A stretch of 64,000 nucleotides of DNA from an uncultured Gemmatimonadaceae bacterium (GTDB lineage Bacteria; Gemmatimonadota; Gemmatimonadetes; Gemmatimonadales; Gemmatimonadaceae): positions 32,001 to 96,000 of the forward strand of contig CAWHHI010000020.1 of NCBI GenBank assembly GCA_963829055.1, read 5' to 3'. The notes below the pieces were generated by a model, which saw only the letters and a list, made by a program, of their open reading frames with translations, was not told the DNA's origin and searched no databases. The position numbers were made by a program, and so were the translations under genes. Position 1 is the stretch's first letter. Each line of letters begins with the position of its first letter. Below are positions 48,230-59,005 of this stretch, piece after piece.

Positions 48230-49445
48230 GTCTGTCGCTGGAATGCTCGTTCTCGGGGTCGCCGACCGTGTGAAAGACGCCATCGGATCGGCGATCAGGC
48301 CAGCAGTGCCAGCGTTCGCCAGCGCGGGCACCGCTGAGGAAATCGTGACGAGCGTGTCGCCGCTGTAGCGGAGGCGGCTGAATCCTGGACGCATGTTGCC
48401 CGGCCCCGCCGGACGCGAGGTCTCGGACGAGACGCGCACGCTGGCGGACGTCTGACCTCCGTCGAGCGCGTCGAGAAATACACGTCGTACGCGTCGGCAG
48501 CCGCGGATGGGCGCGTGTCCAGCCACATGACCCCAACCACGCCCGAGTCGCTCACGGCAATGGCGGGTAGGAACTGCGACGCAAGACGCGGCGCCGACAC
48601 GTCTATGAGGGTAGGCGCGCTCCACGAGCACCGCGATTGGACGTCACGACCGCATCGCGGCCAGGGGAGCCCGAATTCGGGGAACGCGGCGTACACCGAT
48701 CGCGATAGCGGCCGATCGCACGTCGGCGAAAGGTCCCGTGTTGTCGCCACGATGCGTCCCCCACGCCAGCGCCCCAGGGTGGAGTCGGCGCTGTACCGTT
48801 GCTGCTCGACGCCTGGGCGCAGCCCGCTGAACGTCGCGCCACCATCGCTGGCGAGCACGGTCGAGTAGGCAGTCATCAGGTTCCCGCGGCTCTCCGGGAG
48901 GCGGAGGTCGGGCCCGGTGTACAGCGGCACGATCACGGCGCCTCGCTCAGCACCACGACGTCGGTCCGGCGATTCCCGGCAGCGTCACCGGACCTCGAAG
49001 GTGCGTCCGTCGTCGGCGGAGCGATGCAGACGCGGGCCAGCGTCGAGGTTGCCCGTCACGTAGATCCGACCCGCGGTCGACCCCGTGGAGTGATCGACCG
49101 CGATGGCGACGCGGTCGTAGCCACGTCCAGGCGGGCCGGCGCGAGCCAGCTCCGCCCGCCATCCTCGGAGCGATACACCGACATGCCCTGCCCGAGGCCG
49201 ACCTGCAGCGCCGTGCCTTTGGGAGTGAACGCGAGCATCGGATCGAACGAGCGAGTTCGGATCTTCGGGAAGCCGTGCGTCGTACCAGGAGACCGCGAAC
49301 GTCGCGTAGGTCTGTTGACGTAACCGCCCGGCGGGAGAGTCAAGGTGATCGCGGTCGCGACGAGATTGCGTGGGTCTGCGGGGACGGCGACAGCGGTTGA
49401 CGACGGAAACGTCGCCGACCCAAGTCACCTGTTCGTTAGGCCCGA
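48230..49445 (-). pseudogene. Fragmented BNR/Asp-box (sialidase-like) secreted protein
   Basis: VYRSEDGGRSW, RSADDGRTF and LASDGGATFS Asp-box motifs spread over several frames. Confidence 0.6.
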
Positions 49446-49467
49446 CCGCAATGCGAACGCGACATCG

Positions 49468-49545
49468 TCCGCGGCCGAGCTCACGCTCGAGTCGGTAGGC
49501 GTCCCCGAGAGCCGATTGCAGGCGTGTCGCGAGATCGTTGACCAC
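49468..49545 (-). pseudogene. Remnant of a Ser/Thr kinase N-terminus
   Basis: MVNDLATRLQSALGDAYRLERELGRG, then unrelated sequence. Confidence 0.65.
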
Positions 49546-49827
49546 GGCGCCGCGGCCGAGCGGTGGACGGAGAGAAAACTGTGCATCCCGGCCGTGCCGA
49601 AGGTTTCATCGCGCACGATGTCGTGTCCCTGCCCGTACGCGAACGACAACGCGGATGCCGATCCGTCGCTCGCGTTAGGCGGCGCTGATGTCGACCGTCG
49701 GGCCATTCACCGTCGTCGCGCCCGTGCCGAGACCACCATACGCCACCGGAGTCCACTCGCTGCCGGCGTCGCGACCCGGAGTCTGAAGTCCACCGCCCCG
49801 TGCAGCACGTTAGGCGGCTGCGGGCGA

Positions 49828-50000
49828 CTAGCGAGGAAGCGTGTCCGGGGTGGCAGACGACAGGACAAATCCCGCGTCGATGACTCCCGCGATGCGTCGC
49901 GTGTCGCGAATATCCGCAAGAGGATTCGCCTCCAACAGCACCAGGTCGGCCACGTATCCGGAGTCCACCCTGCCGACACTGCCGGCGATGCCGAGCCAGA
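49828..50000 (-). pseudogene. C-terminal remnant of an amidohydrolase
   Basis: GRVDSGYVADLVLLEANPLADIRDTRRIAGVI. Confidence 0.65.
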
Positions 50001-50198
50001 CGCCGTTTCGGTGGAGATGCCCCAACAGGTGCTCGAGCACTGGCGGCCGACACCTGACCGGCCGCCGTCCGAGTGAAACCAATGCATCGGCCCAGGCTTG
50101 GCTTGTCGGACTGTGGATGGCGTCTCCGACCGACGGCCCTCGCTGGCCTCCCTCTTAACCCAGGTGAGCTGCGCAAGGGTGTCATTGCCTCGCCATCG

Positions 50199-51557
50199 TT
50201 AGGGTACGCGCGTCGCCGTGGTCACCATCCCGCCCTGATGCCGCACCATGCTCGGCGCCGGCGCCCCCGCGGGAAACTCGAATTGCACGTCGTCGTTATC
50301 GTCCCGCACGAAGCGCTCGCCACCGACGTGCTTGAGGCCGAACGCCGGATTTCCCTGTTGTTGCACGCGGAGGCGGCCGTTCTCGACGAACACCCGAACG
50401 GGCGTACTCCCGACCGCGTACTGCCCGACAAGCCGCTCGAGCGCCGACGCGGCGATCGGTACCGCCGGCAGGTCCTTGATCCCGAGCGCGCGGCGCGCGA
50501 TGAGCCGCTCGAGCTGCACCGCCGTGAGCGCTCCAGTATTGGTCAACACGACGGTCACGAGCGAGTCGTCGGGGTAGTGGTGCAACTCCGAGATGAACCC
50601 GTTGATGCCGCCGTTGTGACTCACCTGCCGGTGTCCGCCGAGCACGCCAGTGCCCAGGCCGAAGCCGTACGTGAGCGGCTTGCCGTCGTTCAGCGTACCC
50701 GGCGTCGACATCAGTTTGTACGACGCCGGGCTCACCACCTTGCCGCTCGACAGCGCGAGGGTCCACGCGGCGAGGTCGTTCACCGTCGAGCAGAGCGAGC
50801 CCGCTGCGTACGGCTGCGTCATGCTCAGCGGCTCGGCGTTGATGAACTTCCCGTCGGGTCGCAGGGCGTACCCCTGCGCGCGGTGCTTGATGAGCGGCGC
50901 CTGGTCACAGTAGATCGTGCTCTTGAGACCTAACGGTGTGAAGAGCTCGTCCTGCACGTACTGCCCATACGTCTTCCCGCTCAGCTTCTCGATGATCATG
51001 CCGAGCAGGAAATAGCCCGAGTTGTCGTACGACCACGCATTGCCCGGCTTGAAGTCGAACGGCTCGTTGGCGAACAGCGCGATCAACGAGTCGGGAGCGA
51101 GGTCGAGCCGCACGCCGCGCGCCCACTTGGGCCCAAGGCTCGTGTAGCTCTTGATCCCGGACGTGTGGTTGAGCAGGTGCCGCACGGTGACGCGGTTCCC
51201 CTGCGCCGGGAAGTTGGGCAGAAACTTCTGCAACGTGTCGTCGAGCGAGAGCTTTCCCTGCTCCATCAGCTTCATGATGGCCGCGCTCGTGAACTGCTTG
51301 GTGATCGAGCCGATGCGGAAGACGGTCTCTGCGGTTGCCGGCACGTCGTTCTCGAGGTCCGCGAAGCCGTACCCCTTCGCGAGGACCGTTCGGCCGTTCT
51401 TCACGACCGCCACGGAGACGCCCGCCGTGCGGTGCTCGGCAACGGCGGCGGTGGCGACCGAGTCGACGTAGCGAACGAGGGCGCGCGTGTCCTGCGCGCG
51501 TGCGGCGGTGGTCACGAGCGCGGCGGCGAGCAGCGCGAGACCGTACGTGTGGCGCAT
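50199..51557 (-). CDS. Secreted serine hydrolase (beta-lactamase-related)
   Basis: FRIGSITKQF (SxxK), HLLNHTSGI, YDNSGY, HNGGINGF. Confidence 0.92.
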   Translation of the reverse strand: MRHTYGLALLAAALVTTAARAQDTRALVRYVDSVATAAVAEHRTAGVSVAVVKNGRTVLAKGYGFADLENDVPATAETVFRIGSITKQFTSAAIMKLMEQGKLSLDDTLQKFLPNFPAQGNRVTVRHLLNHTSGIKSYTSLGPKWARGVRLDLAPDSLIALFANEPFDFKPGNAWSYDNSGYFLLGMIIEKLSGKTYGQYVQDELFTPLGLKSTIYCDQAPLIKHRAQGYALRPDGKFINAEPLSMTQPYAAGSLCSTVNDLAAWTLALSSGKVVSPASYKLMSTPGTLNDGKPLTYGFGLGTGVLGGHRQVSHNGGINGFISELHHYPDDSLVTVVLTNTGALTAVQLERLIARRALGIKDLPAVPIAASALERLVGQYAVGSTPVRVFVENGRLRVQQQGNPAFGLKHVGGERFVRDDNDDVQFEFPAGAPAPSMVRHQGGMVTTATRVP

Positions 51558-51841
51558 GAGCAATCTGGAGGAGAGGGAGTATTCCGTTCGCATTGACTTA
51601 CGAGCGAGCTCGTAAGATGCGGCGGCGGCGCTACCGCTGCCATGCCTCGCCACGCGAACCGCGACGTCTGACGCCGCTCCCTCACGGCACGGGTGCACGC
51701 ACGTTAGGCGACCGTCTACTCCGGTCGCCCTACGCGCTCGGTGCTGGTGCGAGAGAAAAAAATCATTTGAAATCGCGGCTCGCACATGTATCGTCCAAGG
51801 GCAGCGCGGCATTCTCGTGTCCGGCGACGCCCGAGGCCCTC

Positions 51842-54790
51842 ATGCGCGCAATCTCGTTGGGCCTCACCCTATCGACCGGCGCGTGGGTAGTCGCTCAGCC
51901 TGAACGCTCAGACAATCGCGTATCAGAGCTACGGTGCCAAAGCGGGGATTCCCGTCGCCAATGCCATCGCCTTCGACCCGAACGGGGCGCTCGTCGCCGG
52001 GACGAACGACGGAGTCGTCCGATTCGACGGCTTCCGCTTCGAGCCGGTGCCGCTTCCCGGCCTCGCTCAGGCGCGCATTGTTCGCATCACCGCCGCACCG
52101 GATTCGTCACTCTGGATCCAGAGCGACGCCGGCGACCTGTTCCACCTTGGCGGGGACGACCGGATCACACGGGTGAACGTACCGTCGGTGCTCGCCACCG
52201 AGCTCGCCGCGTATCGCTCCTGGCAGCGCTTGCGAGTCGACACCCGCGGGCACGTCTGGATCAACGGGTGGGGACCAGGGCTGTGGCGCTTCGATCCGGC
52301 GACGACGCGCTGGTCTCACGTCGACCTGCCGGGAGACGAGCGCATCGTCGACTTCTTCTTCGAGGGACCGGACCTCCTCTGGCTCGCCTCCGAGCGAAAA
52401 GTCGGGCGCGTCGCGCTAAACAGCGAGCACGGGACCCCGCCGCAGTGGTCGCCGCTCCCCAGGCGCATCCTGTTCATGCGCCCTCATTCTCCGGGACGTG
52501 CCTGGATCGGCACCGATGCCGGCGTGTACGTGCGGGGCGGCGATGGCTCCATGCGTCGGGCTCTTGGCGGCGAGTACGCCGCGGGCAGGCACGCCGAGCC
52601 TGACGCCGATGCGTCCGGTCGACTGCTCGCGACCGCCGGCGCGATCCTCCCGGGTCAGGGCCGGCGGACGGGCGTCGTACGACTCGGTGGGGACGGGGGC
52701 GTCGAGTTCCCCCGATCGGCTGGCGCGGCGTTCGACGCAGCTCCTGCCGCGACAGTTGTTGTTCGGTCGCGAGGGTGATTTCTGGCTGGCGCACGAGGGC
52801 GGGCTCATTCACGTGGACCAGGAGTACCTCGTGTCCTATCCCCGTACGGGCGCCTAACGGGCCAGCAGAATTCCTCACGGGACTCACCGGCGACTCGGTG
52901 AGCGGGAGTCTCTGGATCAGCACCTGGGGTGGGATGTATCGGCTTCGCAACCAACGGGTCGAGCGCATGAGTGACCTCACCCGTCGCGCCACTACACAAC
53001 CGACGGCGGGCCACGACGGCCGTCACTGGTGGAGGGAGTATGGCGACCTTGGGTTCGTCGCCGATGCTGCCTCACGCGCCGCGCCGACCGGGAGCTCCGA
53101 CCACCTCGTCTACGAGACGCGTGCTGGCGTGAGGTTCGTGGCGCGGCCGGATGGCATGTACCGCATGACGGGGCAACGCGCGGCGCGGATCAGTGGTCGC
53201 CGCTTCGTCTCGGCGTACGTCGCCGAGGCCGGTGATGGACGGATCTGGATGGCGCCGATATCCAGCGTGTCGACGCGCCTCGATACGGTGGAGGGAGACT
53301 CGCTTGGCACGGAGTGCCGGGCCTGTCTGCCGTCATCGCTGCGGGCGGTCCTCGACACGCTGCGGTCTCTGGAAATCGTCGACATGGGAGCGGATGCGTT
53401 CGGGCGCGTGTGGATCGCGGCGGGTCGGTCAGGACTGGTCTGCATCTACCAGACAGAACAGGGTACGTGGGAAAGCCGACGACTCCAAACCAGCGACGGC
53501 CTCCTGAGCGATGAGGTCCACGCGCTTTTTCCCACGCCGGACGGTCGGCTCTGGGTGGGGACACCTCGAGGAGTCCAGGGATTCCGGCTGCGGCCTGGTG
53601 CGCCGAGCCTCGATGCCGTGCTCGAGTTTCGCGCGCGGGATGGGATCTCGCGCGAATTCGTGAGCGCGGTGTTCGAGGATCGTGACGGGTTTCTCTCGGT
53701 TCGGCGCAGCACCCGGCGAGCTCCATCGACTCGACTACCGACACATGCCGCGTCTGAGCTCTCCCCGCGTACGCCTAACCAGGCTGGAGATCGACGGCGT
53801 GCGACAACGCGAGAGCAACGAGCCGCTCCGGCTTCGCGCAGGCAACAGCCATTCGTCGATAACCCTCGCGGCGCAGACGTACCGTCAGGAAGAGCGGGTG
53901 CGCGTCGAGTACCGGCTCGCGTCGAGTGACACCTCGTGGACGATCCTCGGGTCCGGGCGCACGATTCAGATCGCGTCGATCGCGCCGGGTCGGCACCGTT
54001 TCGAGGCGCGCGCCGTGAGACCGGGCGAGCCTCCCGGACCAGTGGTGCGGCAGGACTTCGTTGCGACACCGCTGTTCTACCGAACCTGGTGGTTCGCCAT
54101 CGCCGTCATCATCGCGTTCGCATTGCCACCGGCGCTCTGGTATCGAAACCGTGTGGAGCGGCGGCTGGCCATCGAGAGGCTCCGCCTTCGCATCGCCACG
54201 GATCTGCATGACGACCTTGGCAGCGGCCTCACGCAGGTGTCGTTGTACAGCGAGTTGATACGCCGCGCATCGGAGCCCCAGGTCGCCGCATGGGCCGAGC
54301 AGGTCGGTGACCAGGCGCGTTCGCTCTCCGAAGGGATGCGCGACATCATTCTGGGCAATTCATCCGCAGCACGAGAGCTGGGAGTCACTGGAGTCACGGA
54401 TCAAGGACTACGCGGTCGCCCTGCTCGCCCCCCGCGGCATCCGGCTCGACATGCAGGGAACTGCGGAGCGCACGTCGCCGCCCGGCCTGTCGACCGACGT
54501 GCGCCACAACGTGCTGCTGCTGGTGAAGGAAGCGCTGCATAACGCGGTGCGCCACGCGGGGAGCAGGTCCATCGAGATCCGCTGGCACATCACCACAAAC
54601 CGGCTGCTGCTCACCGTTCGAGACGACGGAGCGGGCTTCGAGCCATTCTCGGGAATCGGGCGGGAACGGGCTCGAGAACTTCCGGCGACGTGCCGCAGCG
54701 ATTCGTGCCGAGCTTCGGCTGGATACCGCGCCCGGCGACGGGACGCGTGTCGAAGTCGACGTACCGTTGCGAGGGCGGCGGCCGAGCTAC
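51842..54790 (+). CDS. Sensor histidine kinase with periplasmic beta-propeller, Y_Y_Y and HisKA_3 domains (several frameshifts)
   Basis: DGLLSDEVHAL, LWVGT, PLFYRTWWF TM, RIATDLHDDLGSGL, KEALHNAVRHA, VRDDGAGF. Confidence 0.8.
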
Positions 54791-54803
54791 CCGAGTATGT
54801 AGT
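54787..54803. promoter_or_regulatory. Putative response-regulator box, copy 1
   Basis: CTACCCGAGTATGTAGT, identical to 55513-55529. Confidence 0.6.
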
Positions 54804-54829
54804 AGGCAGCGTTCGCCACGCCGACTAGA

Positions 54830-55528
54830 ATGAGTCGCATGTCTGATGACGCCGCCGCGGCGGTGGGCGTGACCACTGCCCTTCGGGTCTTCGTGATCGA
54901 GGACTCATCATCGGTGCGCGAAGCGCTGGAGCTCCTCCTCAATGGAGCCCCCGGCTTCGCCAGTGCGGGGACGGCCGGCGACGCGGAAAGCGCGCTCGCC
55001 ACGCATCCCGACCCTCCTCCCGACGTTGTCCTGGTCGACATCGGGCTCCCCGGAATGAGCGGCACCGATGCGCTTCCGCTTCTCCGCCGCCACTGGCCCC
55101 ACGCCGAGCTGCTCATGCTCACCGTCCACGACGAAGGGGAGCGCATTTTCGGGGCGCTCTGTGCCGGCGCGACGGGCTATCTCCTCAAGGCCACGCCGCC
55201 GACGGCGCTGCTCGACGCGATCCGCGAGGCGCACGACGGTGGTGCCCCGATGACTGCTTCGGTGGCGCGGCAGGTCGTGCGCGTGTTTCGCGCACCCGAT
55301 CCGGCGGCAGGCCTGCTCTCGCCGCGCGAGCGCGATGTTCTGCAGGGACTCGTCGACGGCAGGACGTACAAGCAGATCGGCGACGGCCTGTTCATCAGCG
55401 TCAACACGGTCGCCTTCCACGTCAAACAGATCTACCAGAAGCTCCACGTCCATTCACGCGCCGAGGCGACCGCCCGAACCGCGTCACGACCTCCCGGATC
55501 CGCCCCGAAAAACTACCCGAGTATGTAG
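54830..55528 (+). CDS. NarL/LuxR family response regulator
   Basis: VIED, VLVDIGLPGMSG, GYLLK, LSPRERDVL..ISVNTVAFHVKQIYQKLHV. Confidence 0.92.
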   Translation: MSRMSDDAAAAVGVTTALRVFVIEDSSSVREALELLLNGAPGFASAGTAGDAESALATHPDPPPDVVLVDIGLPGMSGTDALPLLRRHWPHAELLMLTVHDEGERIFGALCAGATGYLLKATPPTALLDAIREAHDGGAPMTASVARQVVRVFRAPDPAAGLLSPRERDVLQGLVDGRTYKQIGDGLFISVNTVAFHVKQIYQKLHVHSRAEATARTASRPPGSAPKNYPSM

Positions 55529-55530
55529 TT
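55511..55530. promoter_or_regulatory. Putative response-regulator box, copy 2
   Basis: AACTAC-N8-GTAGTT inverted repeat upstream of the hydrolase gene. Confidence 0.6.
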
Positions 55531-55607
55531 GTGCGGTGTGGTCGATCGCCTAACGTGTAGCACCGATGGGCCGCTCGACCGTCATCCGACCCGGAGACGA
55601 CGCGACA

Positions 55608-56927
55608 ATGCGTGGATCGACAATCACCCGCGCCCGTGCGTTCCGGGCAGCGCTCGGCACACTGGCCCTCGCCGGTTGTGGTACAGACCAGCCGACGGCT
55701 CCGCCTCCAACCGCCGCCACATGCATCACGGGACTCTCGGCGCAGGCCACCTGCTATAGCGGGACACAGCTCAGCGGAGCGTCCTATCAGATTGCCGTGC
55801 CGACGAACTGGAATGGCATCCTGGTCGTCGTGGCCCGCGGTGCGACGCCAGTGCCGGCAACAGATCTCCGCACGTTCGGTGCTGCCCGCAACCTGCTGCG
55901 CGACGGAGGACTCGCGCTCGCCGCGACCACGTACCGCAGCGACACGCCACTTGCGCGAGACGCGACGGATGACGTCGAGGAGCTGCGACAGATCTTCGTC
56001 GCGAAGTTCGGCCGCCCGAAGCGCACGATCGTCTGGGGACTGTCGTTCGGCGGTCTGGTGGCGGCGCGTTGTGCGGAGCGGTTCGGGACCTTCGACGGTG
56101 TGGTGTCGCTGTGCGGACTGATGGCGGGGACGCTGCGGAGTCTCTACACACAGTTGGACGCGCGCACCGTGTACCAGTATTACTGCCGCAATCTTCCACG
56201 CAGCGACGAGCCGCGGTACGACCTGTTCCTCGGTCTCGCGCCACAGACCACGCTGACGGCGGCGGAGCTCCAGGCCCGCGTCAACGAGTGCACCGGCATC
56301 AGTCTCCCCGCGGCGCAGCGCTCGGCCGCGCAGCGTGAGAACCTGGCGAACATCCTCGCCGTGCTGCGCATCCCGGAATCGGGGCTCCTGACGAACATGG
56401 ACGCCGCGACCGCCCTGCTGAAGACGTTCCTCCAGGAGACGTTAGGCGGACACAACCCGCTGCAGAACACGAACGTCCGATACAGTGGGTCGACCGACGA
56501 CGTCGCGCTGAACCGTGACGTGCCCCGGTACCCCGCCGAGAACCAGACCGCCACCGTGCTGGCCTCGGCCGATGACCCGACGGGACGCCCGCGAGCTCCG
56601 GTGCTGACATTGCACGCCATCGACGACCCTCGCGCGTTCGTCGAAAACCAGTCGGCGTATCGCGCAGCGGTCACCAAGGCTGGCGCGTTAGGCAATCTCT
56701 TCCAGGCGTTCACGAATCAGGGCGGGCATTGTCAGTTCACCACGGCCGAGCAACTCGGGGCGCTCCAGGTGGTACTCGATTGGATCGAACGCAAAACGCC
56801 GCCTACGAACGAAGCGCTCGCTGCGGCGTGCGAGAAGTATCGACTCGAGTTCGGCACCAGCTGTCGCTTCAATGCGGGCTATCAGCCGGCCGCACTGGAA
56901 ACGCGACTCTATCCGCGACAGCCGTGA
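55608..56927 (+). CDS. Alpha/beta hydrolase fold lipoprotein
   Basis: LAGC lipobox, VPTNWNG, WGLSFGG, HAIDDP, GGHC. Confidence 0.8.
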   Translation: MRGSTITRARAFRAALGTLALAGCGTDQPTAPPPTAATCITGLSAQATCYSGTQLSGASYQIAVPTNWNGILVVVARGATPVPATDLRTFGAARNLLRDGGLALAATTYRSDTPLARDATDDVEELRQIFVAKFGRPKRTIVWGLSFGGLVAARCAERFGTFDGVVSLCGLMAGTLRSLYTQLDARTVYQYYCRNLPRSDEPRYDLFLGLAPQTTLTAAELQARVNECTGISLPAAQRSAAQRENLANILAVLRIPESGLLTNMDAATALLKTFLQETLGGHNPLQNTNVRYSGSTDDVALNRDVPRYPAENQTATVLASADDPTGRPRAPVLTLHAIDDPRAFVENQSAYRAAVTKAGALGNLFQAFTNQGGHCQFTTAEQLGALQVVLDWIERKTPPTNEALAAACEKYRLEFGTSCRFNAGYQPAALETRLYPRQP

Positions 56928-56989
56928 CGCGCGCGACCACCACCGCATCGATGCTGTCCGCAACCTCACACCTTCTTCAGGAGGCCCTC

Positions 56990-57832
56990 GTGCGTTCGCT
57001 CCGCGGCTTCATACTCGCACTCCCGGTGTTGACGGCCTGCGCGGACGGCGGGACCACGTCCCCGCCGCCAACGGCGCGCACCGATGGGCCGAGCCCGTCG
57101 GTCGCGGTCACGAGCGCCGCATGCGGGGACGTCGTCGTGTCAGACCTGCGGCTGGAGAACGACCTGGTGTGTGCAGGCGATGGACTCACCGTCTCCGCGA
57201 CCGGCGTCCGGATCAACCTGCACGGCCACACCATCAGCGGGAATGGCACGGGCGTCGGCATCAGAGTCAACGCCAGTCAGGACGTCTCGATTCAGGACGG
57301 CACCATCCGCGGGTTCCTCCAGGGGATGTTCGTCGCGTCGTCCACGGGAATCGTCATCAAGAACAACGAGCTCACCCAGAACGCGACCGCGGTCCTCCTG
57401 CAGGCGTCGAGCGGCAACACGATCAAGGCGAACATCGCGCGGCAAAATTCCGTTCGGGCATTCATGTTCCGCCCGAACCTGACCGGCGTGGTGTCCACCG
57501 ACAATGACGTCGTCGACAACGACATCATCGACAATCCCACAGGGATTCTCCTGATCTCGCAGCCGGGGAACACCTTCAAGGGGAACACGATCTCGGGGAG
57601 TACGGTCGCAGCGATCGACATGACCTCTCCGCCAGGCGCGAGCGGCAACGTGATCAAGGGCAACTTGCTGACGACGAGCGCCGTGGGCATCCGACTCGCC
57701 GGCGGATGGACCGGCAACACTATCCGTGGCAACACCCTTCAGGCGAACAGCTGTGCACTGCAGGGGCCGACCGCGGGCAACACGCTCCAGGGAAATACGT
57801 TCGCCGGGAACTCGGCGAATCTCTGTCCGTAG
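56990..57832 (+). CDS. Right-handed parallel beta-helix (NosD/PbH1) lipoprotein
   Basis: AGGAGG RBS, LTAC lipobox, INLHGHTISG, repeated GNTIxGN. Confidence 0.82.
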   Translation: MRSLRGFILALPVLTACADGGTTSPPPTARTDGPSPSVAVTSAACGDVVVSDLRLENDLVCAGDGLTVSATGVRINLHGHTISGNGTGVGIRVNASQDVSIQDGTIRGFLQGMFVASSTGIVIKNNELTQNATAVLLQASSGNTIKANIARQNSVRAFMFRPNLTGVVSTDNDVVDNDIIDNPTGILLISQPGNTFKGNTISGSTVAAIDMTSPPGASGNVIKGNLLTTSAVGIRLAGGWTGNTIRGNTLQANSCALQGPTAGNTLQGNTFAGNSANLCP

Positions 57833-57863
57833 CGGCGAGAACCCCGGTTGTCATCCCCAGTGG

Positions 57864-57975
57864 CGGCTCGTTTCCGAAGTTGCCGGACGGTGGGAGCGGC
57901 ACCGTAGAAAGCACCTGCCCGTAGTTGGGCGATTTGCGATCGAAGTCGATGACCGCGAGGAAGTCGGGCTGCCCT
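57864..57975 (-). pseudogene. Short internal remnant of a second SBP56-family gene
   Basis: QPDFLAVIDFDRKSPNYGQVLSTVPLPPSGNFGNEP, similar to DAIGVVDTDPSSPTFGKLVGQTNLPTAGNELHH in 34884-36305. Confidence 0.55.
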
Positions 57976-59005
57976 TGGCTTCGTAGAGCTCGCCCAAGCG
58001 CTGTTGGACGCCGGCGAGGTTCAGAGATTCGTTGAACGCCGCGCCAGGCCGTTTCTGCGCCAGGTATGCGTCGCCTGTGGCAATGGTTGAATCGGGGCGC
58101 TCGAGCCGGTCGAGCACGACGAAGCGAAGCGACAGCAGGCATTCCGTGCACACGTGGAGGCGTCGATCCGCCTCGGCGACTTTCGCCAGCGACTCATCGA
58201 GTCGGCCCGCCGAAGTCCGCCAGCGCGTCGCTGAACACCTCCGCCGCGGGACGATCGACGGTCCTTCCGAGCGCGGCGAGCTGTCTCATGTAGTCCGCGC
58301 GCACCTGCTGCGCGAGCGGTGTATCGCCGGCAAAGCCCGCGGCGGCGAGCAGGTACGCGTTGAGGCGATCGACCAGCGGGAACGAATCCGGCGGCATGCG
58401 ACGCATCGTCTGGTGGAGCACGTCACGCGCGGCAGCCCGGTCCTCCTGCACAAAGGCAGCGACCAGCGCCGAGTCTATCCCGGCATTCCGGGATCGCCGC
58501 GTTGTCGCCACGCTCGAGCTGCCGCGTGCGCATCTCGCTCCGGTACTGCAGCCCTTCGCGGATCCGTCCGCGAGCGATGAGCACGGCACCAAGCTCGCCC
58601 AGCACCGAGTTCGTGATCGTTCGGCTCGTCGCGACCTTCGGCCGAATGTCCCTGTAGACCCGTTCGGCGCTGTCGTATGCGTGGAGAAAGGCCAGGTGCC
58701 GTGCCTGCGTGAGCAGCACGGTCGGCTCGTTGGGCGCGCGTCGGGCCCACTCGCGCATGAGACTATCGGCGGCGGCTTCCTGACCGGCGGCGGAGAGCCC
58801 GGAAGCCGCGTTACTCCACGTGATCGGGTTGATCGTCTCGCGATCCTGTTGCGCTGCCTTCAGGCGGTATCGCGCGGCGCGTTCGTATTCTCGGCGCTTC
58901 GTGAGAATCAGTGAGGCATTGTTGAGCGCAATGAGGTTCGTCGGCTCTCGCGCGAGCGCGGCCTCGAACGCCTCGAGCGCGCGCTCCTCGTCGACCGCCG
59001 GTCCG
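57975..59005 (-). pseudogene. Frameshifted TPR remnant paralogous to the C-terminus of the 37020-40205 kinase
   Basis: ALNNASL, RGRIREG, CTEC and QQRLGELYEAKG, compared with ALNNLAL, CEPC and HKRLGELYEAKG. Confidence 0.6.

Noticed and set aside
46905..48536. The 543-aa ORF as one real protein
   Set aside because: The first ~180 aa are off-frame read-through of unrelated remnants. Only the TPR part from ~47990 is protein-like.
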